In this document: piece by piece, positions 47,822-59,829 of the stretch
Position numbering within the stretch: position 1 is the first letter of the stretch
Layout: each line of letters opens with the position of its first letter
From: Ascoidea asiatica JCM 7603
Taxonomy: Eukaryota > Fungi > Ascomycota
Assembly: GCA_001600695.1 (NCBI GenBank)
Contig: BCKQ01000002.1
Span: 2,103,857 to 2,167,856, forward strand
Direction: 5' to 3'
DNA length: 64,000 nucleotides
Position numbers and translations under genes: made by a program
The notes under the pieces: model-generated
The model's database searches: none
Seen by the model: only the letters and a program-made list of their open reading frames with translations
Told to the model about the DNA's origin: nothing

Positions 47822-49567
47822 TTAATGACTTTCTTTATATTCTTCATTTGCCAATTTCACAAAATAATTTAACATTTCTTTGAAAGCAAAAAAAGCTGAT
47901 TCAAATTCTTTAGAAAATTGTTTAATTGCAATACAAGAAATATTTATACCACCTAATTCTGTTGAAATTACACTAAGTCCAAAAAAGTAACTAATATAAG
48001 AACCAAAAGGTTGAGTAAATAATAAATCAAGAAGTTTTACTGGATCTTCAGTTTCTTCAAAACTTGAAGAGTCTGAATTTTTAATATCATTAGAAGTTTC
48101 TGAAGTTTCAATTGATTCTAATCCTTTACCTTTTGAAAATTTGTCAGTATTATTATGATTTCCTAAAAACTTTGATGAACTTGGAGATTTTGTTTTTTGC
48201 GTACTGAAATCATTATATCCAAGATTTGATATTTGATATGTTGCACCTAATAAAACTTTATCTGTACTTAAATAATTTGTTGCTCCAATAGTTTGATAAT
48301 GTTTTTTTTGATTTATATTTTTATGAATTCTATCATTGAAAAGTTTTATAAGTTTCCAATTTTCAACAACTGATAAATTGTTTTCATCTCTAAAATAATC
48401 ATATGTTAATTCATCTAAATTTAATCTTGGATTTAAAATTTTGAAAAAAGCAGGAGAAGTAATTTGAACTCTAGAAACCATAAGTCCAAAATTTAAATCA
48501 AAAGGTTCATTACGTTTACCATATTTTTTAACAAAAGGTCTAAGATCTGCAGGAATCATAGTTGAAATATCATCACCTTTAGTTACTGGGGCATATGATA
48601 ATAAACAAAGATATGTTAAGAATGGTGTTAATTTAACATTATGTTTTCTAATTAGATCAATAAGATTTCTTGAATCATGTCTATTAAGATTGATATGTTT
48701 GTAAGTTGTATTTGGATCTACTGGATTTATTTTAGCTGAAATTTCTGGATTTGAATATATTTTACCACTTAATAATGGTTTATAATCATCAAAAGTTTTT
48801 GGATTTTTTGTATCATAAATAAAATTTTTAGATCTAAATATAGTATTTTTTATAGATAATGGAACATAATGTTCATAAAGAATTCTCATTAAAAGTGGTA
48901 TTGAAGGTTTGATATTCATATGACTTTCAAAAGATTTTTCTATTTTACCTAATGAATGATCACTTGTTGCTTTTTTTAAACTGAATAAAACTTCTTGTTG
49001 TTGAACTTCTTTATTAAATTCTTGGGATTTTTGATCTTTAACAACTTCATTTAATACTCTATAAAAATTTTTATGAAAATTTCTAGCAGCTGCTCCATCA
49101 AACATACAATGATCACAATATAACATAACTTTTTTTTTATTGATCACAATAAGTTTCCATAAAGGCTCATCTTTTCTACCATGATTAAGTCTACGATATT
49201 GAATATCACTCTCAAAAAAATTAACTATATCAACTTTTGGATCTTCTTTAAAAGAGCATACACTGTCAAAATTAATAATATCAACAGGTTTAAAAAAATA
49301 TGAAACTTTTTTTGGTTTATTTGAATTGTCAGAAGATAAACAACCTGGATCAGAATTGGATTTTGCAGGTTCAGAAAATACATTGACAGATAATGTAGGA
49401 AATTCAGAAATTAATTTTCTTAAAACAGGAATTAAAATATCTTTGTTGAGGTTAATACCATAAGTACCAGTAATAGCAAAAGTTGTAAAAACGCTATATT
49501 GACTGGCTAATCTGAAGCATTCTTCAGTACCAGTAAGTTTTCTAGATAAGCATCCCACTAATGACAT
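47822..49567 (-). CDS. Alcohol/N-acetyltransferase family protein (Atf/Sli1-like, HXXXDG)
   Basis: RKLTGTE at the N-terminus, EPLWKLIVI, catalytic DHCMFDG, HNVKLTPFL, PADLRPF, ISNLG, LSVIST..GGINIS. Confidence 0.82.
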   Translation of the reverse strand: MSLVGCLSRKLTGTEECFRLASQYSVFTTFAITGTYGINLNKDILIPVLRKLISEFPTLSVNVFSEPAKSNSDPGCLSSDNSNKPKKVSYFFKPVDIINFDSVCSFKEDPKVDIVNFFESDIQYRRLNHGRKDEPLWKLIVINKKKVMLYCDHCMFDGAAARNFHKNFYRVLNEVVKDQKSQEFNKEVQQQEVLFSLKKATSDHSLGKIEKSFESHMNIKPSIPLLMRILYEHYVPLSIKNTIFRSKNFIYDTKNPKTFDDYKPLLSGKIYSNPEISAKINPVDPNTTYKHINLNRHDSRNLIDLIRKHNVKLTPFLTYLCLLSYAPVTKGDDISTMIPADLRPFVKKYGKRNEPFDLNFGLMVSRVQITSPAFFKILNPRLNLDELTYDYFRDENNLSVVENWKLIKLFNDRIHKNINQKKHYQTIGATNYLSTDKVLLGATYQISNLGYNDFSTQKTKSPSSSKFLGNHNNTDKFSKGKGLESIETSETSNDIKNSDSSSFEETEDPVKLLDLLFTQPFGSYISYFFGLSVISTELGGINISCIAIKQFSKEFESAFFAFKEMLNYFVKLANEEYKESH

Positions 49568-52500
49568 TTTTTTAAATAATATTTAGTGAAATAAAAATTC
49601 TAATAAGTTAAAGTGTTGATAAATGATAATTGATAATATTTGATAATGGAATTTTGATAAAAATATAATATAAGATAATCATTATTGAATTGATCAAAGA
49701 ATTGGGAGAGTATTTATAGTATTTGCAGAGATTACCCAAAGCCAGAATTTTGTTAATGTTAAAGCTAGCTTTAACTGATTTAACATTATCCAGTAACAAA
49801 TATGATAGGAACACAATAAAAAACCTGATTTGAACTCCAGTGATTAAATTTATAGTTTTTTTTTATATCTCAATACATTTTTTGTACATGAAAGAGTAAT
49901 TATTCATAGTAATTTTATACCAGTACAACAAGTGAAGCCCAAGGTTTGCAATTGTTATGCGGTAATGTTAATCAGATAAATGCAAAACAATGGGAAATCT
50001 TGAGCTTTTTGGAATATTTGGAGTGGAATATGAATTTTATGATAATGTTATCACAACAGATATATTTCAAGTGAACTTTTTTTTGATTAAAGTTGGTGAA
50101 GATGAATACCTATTCCCAGAATAGTTCAGAGGAAGGTTGAGAATTCAGCTTTTTGAATGGGTTTTCTTCACTATTTTACAATTCAAATCAGATGCTTTTA
50201 ATCTTCAATTCTGAACAGAGTAAAAAAACAGATCGCTCTACAAAATTTTATTAAAATATTGGTAGAAAGATGAGATTTATAAGAAAGAAAGAAAGAAGCT
50301 GGTTTATGATCCTTGGATTCAGATAATTCAGTATTTTAGAATAAAAATAAACAGTTCTAAAATACTAAACTAGCATTATGCCTTCAAGGTGAAATAAAAC
50401 CAAGTAAATGTCTTGGAAATATCAGTTAAAATGTTTAATATAACTGTTGTTTAAGATCTTTGATTAATTAATAATATAATTTGATCAAATCAGCCTTATA
50501 AAAAAAAACAGTGAGACTTATACAAGTATTTTCTGTATTCTTTTAGTTAGTCGATTTCATATTCAATTTATCAAATGTATAAAAACTAACTCGAGTAAAA
50601 TTGATTTAAAAATTAACTAATGAGACTTTTTTTTTTTTTTTTTTTTTTTCTTCAATTATATGCAATCGGATTTCAATCTTTTTGCTGAATATCAATACAT
50701 TTGCAATTAATAAATCTTCTAAGGAAATTATTATTTTCTAAAAACTAATAGATTTTCGCTTAATTACCACAATTCATCTAAATTAATTACTAAAATAACC
50801 TAAAAATCACATTAATTTTTTAGTTGTCTTTTTAGAAATACGAATCAAGATTATTTTAAAAGGATGCAAATGATCTGCTTTTTTATTTAAGACATCGAAA
50901 CAATTACTAGAAATTTCTAAACTGATCTTTCCAGATTCTATCTAAAATAGGATGTACTATTTTCCCTGTATAATATAATATATGGAAAGCCAGTATGTTC
51001 AAGATAACTCAGATATGTGTCTTAATCTTCTGGATCCTGTTGATCAAGAAGCAAGAATTAAAATGACAATACTTTCAATGATACTACAACTTAACATTAC
51101 AGTAGTAAAAAATTCAACCATGGCTCTACGTTTGAAGATTTTGAAGTATAGATCTATGCTGAAAATATTTTTTATACAAAAATATTAAATAGATATAAAA
51201 AAAGATTTGAATCTTGATCTAAATTCATTTCTAAGTGAGCTAATAATAAACTGAACGTCAAAGAGGCTTCATTGCTATATAAAATACTTGTAGCTAGCGT
51301 TAAAATCAAGTAAAAAATTGTTTCAAATCAAAAAGCCTTTTTTCGATTTTACGTATTCACATATATTTGAATCTTACCTGAGCTTTTTACAACATAGATG
51401 TGCTGGACCTTTTTCTTGATTTCTAAATTGAATAATCTGACTCTAACAAGTTCCTAAAAAAGGTTACTTCCATATATTAACTACCTTATATTATATCACC
51501 CTATTAAACCATTAAAATTCCCGCTTAATTATGTATTTGATCTACTGTTCAATTACACCATTGAAATACTGAAATGCTTCTAATCTATTGTCTTTTTTAT
51601 TTCGTAATTATACATACTAAAATATACCATCTTCAATAGGGGTTTCTGGGATTATTGGAATAATAGATAAATAATGATCATTAATGATCATCTGCTTTAC
51701 AGCTTTAATGATGAGTACCAGAAATTAAGAAAAAAATCTTTCCCCCAATTTATTATCGGATGTATCTTGTTATTTAATTTTCATCTTCTTCCGATTCCCT
51801 TTTTTACAAGAATATATTATTATTCAAGTTCCAGGTAAAATACTCCTTTATAAAAAGAAGATTTGAATTCTTGATCACTTAATCTCATGGAATTTACAAA
51901 GAATGTAATCAGAAAATGCAGTAAAGCAAATGATTGAAAAAAATGGTAAAGAGAGACGACTGAAAGATAACTGAATACGAAATTTTGTTAACAGACTGAT
52001 TTTTACCAACGTTAGTTTTATTAGTTTTATTAGTTTTATCGATTTTAATATTTTATTATTTTTTTTAAATTATACAAGAAATCAAAACTAATAGTGAGCA
52101 AATATAATATACCTTAACAGTATGTTAACATTGGTTTTTTTTTTAAAAGATATATCTACTTGTAAATGCTCATCGGATAAATTTATAAAATTGTAAATTG
52201 ATTTCTTTCCCGGTACAGGTAGAAGATTAATCAAACAGTCTGGGCTTCTCTAAATGATAGAATATTTCAGACTGTACGTTCATAATGTACTTGAGTAATA
52301 ATTACTCTTTATAATTTAAAATGAGTTATCCATTGTGGATAGTAATTACATTCTATAAATGTATGTACTTAACGCTAAACAAGAATTTAAATTAGTGTTT
52401 TGACAACATTAATACAATTGTTCAAAATTTTTTGACTTCTCTCAAAGATGAATATAGAGAATTAGCTGATGAGATTTATGAAGTATTGATCTTGATTTCA

Positions 52501-55239
52501 AGTAAATGCCAAGTAAGCTGTTTTCATTTTTCATTTTATAAAGGATTATCAACAATCTAATTAACTCTCAATGATTTTTTAATATCTATGAGGATAGAAT
52601 AGTATTTTTCAAATCTGAATCAAAAAAAAAAACATGATAAATAATGTTTTTACCTTAGAGTATTATCCGCAGTATTATTAGTACAGTCTAAAGGCATTTT
52701 GAAGTACTTTTGTTCGAAATCAATTCTAATTAAGTACAATATTAAAGCAAAAATGAAAGCAATTTATGAATATTTGACAGAAACAGTTTTATTATTCATT
52801 AAAAAACATACGTAAGACTTCGTTAGTTCAGTACAGTAATTACTTTGGAGGTTGAATAATTTATTGAAAACAATGAAACTTCCTCAATAAAAAATTGATT
52901 TTGAAAGCTACTTATGCAATTAAGTATAGATTTGAATATTAATAAAAAGAACTCCCTGATATGAATAAATAAAAATATGCTCGTTTTAAAAAATGTTTAA
53001 GATAATAAATATTCAACACATGTACTAAATATAACAAACATTATTATCGATATCGGTTATCGTTAGATTAAAAATCACTTAATTTAACTGTGGGAATTTT
53101 GGTAACATATTCATGTTCACGGAATGCAAGCTTCGGCGCGCAGTAACTTTGGTAATTCATGTCACGTCACTATCAGGATTGGGTTCATATCAAGGCCAGC
53201 AGAATAACTCAAACCATAGTACAGGGACAGGCATAATAGTACTGAATTATGAAATTGTCGGTTGTTACTGGTGGTTACAAATAAAAAGTGGCGTAGTGTG
53301 GATATCCCAAGTATTAGCGAACGCTTACATATTTCTTTAAACGTTCGTTTAGTTCACACAATAATGCCCAAGCGAACAGGCTTATCTCTTCACTTGCCAC
53401 AATCCTGATTTCAAGTGTGATATTCTTCCTTATATCTCAGGCTACTTCGGTTAAATAGAAACAAATTCATTCGGGAACTCTGGACTTGCATACTTCTGCG
53501 GTTTGGTGTTCAGATTCTTTTATTTCCGTTTCTGTAAAATCAATTTTGGAAATTTTGCAGTTGAATAATGCTGTTTGATTTTTAAAACTGTTATCTTTGC
53601 GTGCCACGGCGTAGCAAATCTTCTGCAGAGACTGATACGCTGAATCTCTTCAGAGAGAAATATTGGTTTGGTATCAGATCTGGTCTTCACGAGAAAGTTT
53701 AAATTGCCTATTTCAGAAAAAAAGGATATTCTCAAAATTAAAACTTTTGTTATTTTACTTGAACTATATAAAATTTGTACTATTTTTCTTAAGTTTATCT
53801 TCTTAAATAAGCAGCTTAATCTTTGAATATCGAAGTCAATTTCTGTTTTATTCAAATGATCTTCAAATACAATTTAAAATCGGGTAAAATGATGATCATT
53901 AACCTTAGAATTCAATAACTCATATAATCACAATTTATAAATGACTTCTTTATATATTAAAAAATAACGGATTAATTATCATTTTTTTTTTTCTTTTGAT
54001 ATCCTATCTATAATCATTTTTTACGACTGAATTTGAGATGTAATATAGTTTTTATTTTCGTTTTCATTTGCGCAACAGCTTATTTTAAAAAAGGATATTT
54101 TTTTTGGTAAAAATCACATTAATAATACAAAAACGTTATGGGTACTGATTTATGCTTAAGAATATTTTTTCATTAACTTTTTTGAATCATGGCTCATTGT
54201 TAAAAAAAGAAATTTCTAAATAATCTCATTTAACGAATTAATAAATCATTCCGAAGAAACTTTGGGCATTATTATAATCTTCAACTTTTGAACCACAACA
54301 TTATATTTTGTACAATGGTTATTAAAAATGGAAAAAAATATATATTTTAAAGCTCCTTGAAAGGAATGGAATCAAAAAAAGTACTAAACCACCGATAATG
54401 TATGGCATTTCTATTTCAATTAATATAATTGTGAACTGTTAATTGTTAACTGTTAATTGTTAACCTGTGCTTGGCTATCTAAACGTTGCATAAAACATAA
54501 GTATGTATAATTTCATAGATGGCCAAGAAGTAAGTTATAATTTTAGCGTTATTGTAATTTTTCAGTTTTTTTTACGTATCAATATTGGATGTTAAGATAA
54601 ATTTAAAAATCAAAGTTATTTTCAATGTTACAAAAATTAGGAAAGCCTCTTTTAAATCGGCCCTGAAAAAAGTTGCCGAAAGGAATATAAAAAATTAACT
54701 AATTAAACCATTTTTATTACTGGAAATAAACAGAGAATTGAAATCAAATGATGATTTTTCATATTCACAATATTTTGTCTGAAATATTTTATAACTTAAT
54801 TATTACAAAAGTACTTCAAAAGTCTTACAAAAACCATTAATATATAATCATAATGAATAAATGTTGCATTTTCTTATCAATATGTTTCGGTTCACTTCAA
54901 ATGAAACCTTTTAAATCAATATGAAAATATTATAATCAATAAAAATTATTTGTGAGTTCAGTTTCTTACAATCAACCGATTTGAAAAAATAGTAATATAA
55001 TTACTGAGATATATTTTTTTCAAAGTTAACTGTTGATATAATATTGGAGGTTTTGTATTTAAGTTGATGTTTGAAACAAAAACAGTGAATAGGCCCTGTA
55101 ATGAATTGAATTTTTTTCTATTGATAGTAAATCACAATAATCGAAAATGTGATTTGATTCTTATCCTATTAAAATCATTATTATTAATATTATTATTAAT
55201 ATTAATATTATTATTATTATATTATTAATTACATTATAA

Positions 55240-55827
55240 TTATTTGAGAGCTTCTTTCTGATCACCAAATAAAGTAAAAACTGGGGCTTGTAAATTTTTT
55301 CTACCCTTTAAGAAGTCTAACTCCATTACAAACATAAACTCAATAATATTTGCTTCAAGTTTCAATAACAATTCTCCAGCAGCTTTTGCAGTACCACCAG
55401 TTGCTAAAATATCATCAACAATAATTACATTACAATTTTTCTTACCTTTGAAACAATTTTTTTGAATTTCAAATATATCTTCACCATACTCTTTTTTGAA
55501 AGTAGCTTTTAAAACTTCTCCTGGCAATTTTTTTTCTTTTCTAATTGGTATAAACCCACAATCTAATTCATAAGCTAAAGTTGGTCCCATTAAAAATCCT
55601 CTGGCTTCTAATCCAATAATATAATCAATTTTAACTCCTGGATATTTTTCATCTAATTGATATTTGAAAGTTTTTATTAATTTCTTGAACAATACTGGAT
55701 CTCTGAATATTGGTAAAAAATCTTCAAATAAAATACCCTTTTGTGGGAAATCTGGATACTGATCCAATGAATTTTTTAATATTTGAATGTCTTGAAGATA
55801 CTCCTCCTGACTTTGATATAACCCCAT
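55240..55827 (-). CDS. APT1: Adenine phosphoribosyltransferase
   Basis: YPDFPQKGILFEDFLP, GLEARGF, PIRK..KLPG, KEYG and PRPP motif VIIVDDILATGGT. ATG at 55827. Confidence 0.95.
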   Translation of the reverse strand: MGLYQSQEEYLQDIQILKNSLDQYPDFPQKGILFEDFLPIFRDPVLFKKLIKTFKYQLDEKYPGVKIDYIIGLEARGFLMGPTLAYELDCGFIPIRKEKKLPGEVLKATFKKEYGEDIFEIQKNCFKGKKNCNVIIVDDILATGGTAKAAGELLLKLEANIIEFMFVMELDFLKGRKNLQAPVFTLFGDQKEALK

Positions 55828-56606
55828 TTTGAAAACTAGATATTCTATTAATAAAACCAGCAACCACCGTAGATATTATACTGTTATAAGTTTACTTTGA
55901 AATGACTTGGAAAGACAATTTGTTTACTCTGAAGAAAGAAGACTGCTTTCAATTTATATCACTTTCAACCAAAGGCAGTTTTTTATTTTTTTTTGAAGTC
56001 GCTAAAAATATTTTTTTTCCTTTGAGATGAGCACCGCACGTTCACACCCCACGGTCACAGGGTCGAGGCCCAGCGAGAGAAGGAAAATATAAAAAAGGTC
56101 TAAAAGTTGTAGAATCTCCAATAGAGAATATATATTATATATTTTATATTAAACAAATGATCGAGATACATATCCAGAAGTTACTGCAGTTATTCGATTA
56201 AATTGACTTCTTGGATCTAGTTTGATGGAAAATCTTTGCAAATGAATTAGACCTGGAGTTGGAATGGGAATTGATCAAACACTGACAGATTTTCAGTCTT
56301 GAAATAATAATTGGGTTATTATTTGTGCGACAAATATTTATCTTTAAAAACAAGTTTTGATAAAAGAATATAAGAATATTAAATAAAAAAAATGTAGTTT
56401 ACGAGTCAAATATATTCCAAAACTATACAATGAATTCAAGGAAAGTTTTAAGTGTGTGTGTGAAAAAGAGAAGTGAGAGATATATTGTATATAAAAGAGA
56501 TGAATAGATAAAAATTGATAAAAGGAGTTAAAAAATTCGAGAAAATTTTTAAAGAATTTTAAAGAATTTACTCAGGGAATTCCAAGGAATTAATTTAAAA
56601 TAATAA

Positions 56607-58622
56607 TTATTTGTCTTTATTATAATCCGGTTTTTTATTTCCACTTAATAAATCATGTTCAGATTCACCATTATCTTCTGGATTTACTTGAAATATTGTT
56701 CTATCATCATCATATGATTTTTTAGTTTTATCTTTAATATCATCATCAATTTTATTAGTATCATTAAAAGGATTATCATCATCATCATCACCTAATTCAA
56801 AAGGATTATCACTTATTGATTTTTTATTATTTGAATTTGTATTTGTACTTGAATTATTATTAATATTATTAATATTATTACTACTACCAGTTACATTTTC
56901 ATTAGATAAATTATCATTTGTTAAATTTTCTCTACTTTGGGAATTATTTTTTCCATTATCATTACCATTTTCATTTGTTTTTTTATTTTTATTATCAAAA
57001 TTTCCAACAAAACTATCATTATCAGAATCATCATTAAGATCAAATTCTTGACCTAAATTATTTAATTCAAATTCATTATTTTGTTCAAATTCAAAATTAT
57101 TATTTTCATCATCTTCAACATTTGAAACTTGAGTTGAAACAATTAATAAATATGAATATTGTGTTGGTCTCCAAATGAATAAAATAATAATAAAAACAGA
57201 TAAATAAACTAAAGAAGGCCAAAAATCTAAAAGTAAAAATCTTGATTTCCAATGTTGTTCAATTAATTCAGTTGTTGACATTCCAATAAATACAAAACTT
57301 GAAACAAAAATACCTAAGAATAAAACAAATAAAGAAGCAAAAATTGTAACAAATAATTTTTTATAAATTTTTAATTTTATTGTTTGTTTTTGAGTTTTTA
57401 AATATGCTGTAGTTTTATTTAAAGAATTTAAAATTAAATAATAAAATATTGTAAAAGTTATAGCTAATGGAACCATTGGAATTAAAATTAAAAGACTTAC
57501 ATCTTCTGGATTTGATAAATAAGCAGAAATAATATAAGCAATTGAAAATAAAAAATGAACAATTGCAAAAATTTTACAATATAATAATTTTTTTTTATCT
57601 AAATTTGGATAAACAACACCCATACCTAAAGAAATTAATAATAATAAATAAAATGAAAAAGTTAATTTAAAAGAATTTAAAATTGAGATAAAAATTAAAT
57701 AAAATTTTATAAAAAAAGTTGAATTAATTTTCCATTGAATTAAATTATTTGATAAAATTGAAGTTTTAAATAATGAATGATTATTTTTTAATTCATAATA
57801 AAACCAAATTAAAATATTTTCAATAATTAAAAAAGCAGTAAAAAATAATAAATTTTTTTGAATATTTGTTATATTTTTTTTAAATTTAAAAAAATTATAA
57901 GCATAATAAATAAAAGAAACTAAATAAATTATTGATAATAAACCATATAAAGGTAATTTTGGAATTTCAGAAGCATTTAAAGAACCAAAACTATTTGAAT
58001 AATTAACTAAAACTTTATAATTTGAAGTTGAAGGAGTATATGAAGCAATACAATAATAACCAGTATTTTTAATTGAATAAGTTGTATTATACATACCAAA
58101 TTTATTTAAATTAAAAGTTAAAATTGCAGAATTAGTATTATTTTTTGCATCTTTTGAAATTATAAATTTATTTTTTGATTTTTCTTCACAAAGTTTTAAA
58201 TTTATTGCATTATCATCACAAATATATTTTTTATTATAATAATCATTAGAATTTAAATTTGAAGAATCAGTATTTGAATTTGAAGAATCTGAATTTAAAT
58301 CAGTACCTAAATAATCAATATCTTTATATTCAAATATAACAATTGATAAATTAATATCATCTTGATTATCATCAGAATTTTTAGAATCTAAAGATTTATC
58401 ATTAAAAGATTGTAAATATACATTAATAAAAGGATCTTTATTACCAGTCCAATCTTGTTTACTATACATTCCTGAACAAACTTGAGTTTCATATTGATTA
58501 ATATCTTCTAATTGAGCAAAAACTTTTGATATTATAAAAGATAAAGAGAAAATAAGTAAAGATAATTTTGAAAATGAATTATTATTCAAATAAGATTTTT
58601 GATTAGTCCTTAAAATAATCAT
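56607..58622 (-). CDS. PTM1: Ptm1/GPR107-type (GOST/LUSTR) seven-transmembrane protein
   Basis: Signal-like N-terminus, CSGMYSKQDW, KYICD, TGYYCI, FGSLNASEIPKLPLYG, LGMGVVYP, HWKSRFLLLDFWP, IWRPT, acidic tail with NPF motifs. ATG at 58622. Confidence 0.88.
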   Translation of the reverse strand: MIILRTNQKSYLNNNSFSKLSLLIFSLSFIISKVFAQLEDINQYETQVCSGMYSKQDWTGNKDPFINVYLQSFNDKSLDSKNSDDNQDDINLSIVIFEYKDIDYLGTDLNSDSSNSNTDSSNLNSNDYYNKKYICDDNAINLKLCEEKSKNKFIISKDAKNNTNSAILTFNLNKFGMYNTTYSIKNTGYYCIASYTPSTSNYKVLVNYSNSFGSLNASEIPKLPLYGLLSIIYLVSFIYYAYNFFKFKKNITNIQKNLLFFTAFLIIENILIWFYYELKNNHSLFKTSILSNNLIQWKINSTFFIKFYLIFISILNSFKLTFSFYLLLLISLGMGVVYPNLDKKKLLYCKIFAIVHFLFSIAYIISAYLSNPEDVSLLILIPMVPLAITFTIFYYLILNSLNKTTAYLKTQKQTIKLKIYKKLFVTIFASLFVLFLGIFVSSFVFIGMSTTELIEQHWKSRFLLLDFWPSLVYLSVFIIILFIWRPTQYSYLLIVSTQVSNVEDDENNNFEFEQNNEFELNNLGQEFDLNDDSDNDSFVGNFDNKNKKTNENGNDNGKNNSQSRENLTNDNLSNENVTGSSNNINNINNNSSTNTNSNNKKSISDNPFELGDDDDDNPFNDTNKIDDDIKDKTKKSYDDDRTIFQVNPEDNGESEHDLLSGNKKPDYNKDK

Positions 58623-58627
58623 TTTTT

Positions 58628-58664
<37 letters not shown>

Positions 58665-59723
58665 TATTGTTATTGTTATGAAATATTTTTGAAATAGCAA
58701 GCTAGAAGGTTATGGAATATTAAATGAAATTAGAAATTGCAAACAATTCCAAATAACTATTAGGAACTAAACTGTCTGTTTATTTTTTTATTATAACTAT
58801 TATTAATCTGAAATAGCTTTATGTTCATAGAAATAGTATTATTCTTCTAACAATGTTCTTGATTCCAGTAAAGTTTCATTAACTGTTTTTATTCTTGTTC
58901 TGTTCAAATGTTTTTATTTCACCTGAAAGAAAAGCAAAGAAACAACAATAATAATAATAATATATTACCGTACTGTATTTCCACGAGTTTCTTGTTTGGT
59001 TTCTTAACACCTTGCCAAAACGGCCCAAGCCCCACGGAGGGGTCTGCGGGCGGAAGACCCTTGGAATTCACAGGGCAAATTGAGGCAGAAACAGTCCGAC
59101 AGAGCCGCCAGACCCTCTAAAAGGGGATTACCATTTCAACGGATTGAATGCACGGCCAAGTATAATAGCGTGTAAAGTACACACAGTGACATGAACTTGC
59201 ATTTCCAGCTTTGTGGATCCAATGCTGCATCTATGCGTGAGGGAAGGTAACAATACACATCTGCACACAGGCAGACGCGCAAACACACCTGTGACCAGTG
59301 CTGCGGGTCTTGTCTCGTTGTTTCAATAAGAGATGAATAAACAGTTTTATATTCATTTCAAATTATATAATTAGATATAGAAACAATATACAAGTATTTA
59401 TATAATTTGAAAATTCAAAGTAAAATGTAAAAAGAGTTTTTTTTAGGGTTCACTTTTCACACTTTTCAAAAGGAATTCGCCAGAATTTAGCAGGAATTTA
59501 TAAACATTCAAGAAGAATTTGATCTTTAGACCTGTTTTTTATTTTTATTATTATTATTATTATTATTATTAACAACATGCTTTGATTTAGTTTAATAAAT
59601 ATTATTTCAATGTTGATCATGATTAACATGATTAGCTTAACTTTACTCGAAAAAGGTACGTTACTGGCTGAATTATTCACTTTTTCATAAATGTGAAGAA
59701 GTATTTATGATTTTATTTATTTA

Positions 59724-59756
<33 letters not shown>

Positions 59757-59829
59757 TTTTATCTTATATTTTTTATTCAATGGAAATAAAATATCAATTA
59801 CTCAAGTCAATTATTTTCTCCTATTAAAA

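Noticed and set aside
50982-51188. 68-aa ORF in the gap upstream of the acetyltransferase gene
   Set aside because: No motif, and the length is compatible with chance.
59707-59829. Track start extension of the orphan gene (MILFIYFTYLLTYLLTY...)
   Set aside because: It derives from a TTAC microsatellite in probable 5' non-coding DNA; ATG 59830 has better context. TTG/GTG starts in the track were likewise replaced by ATG starts.
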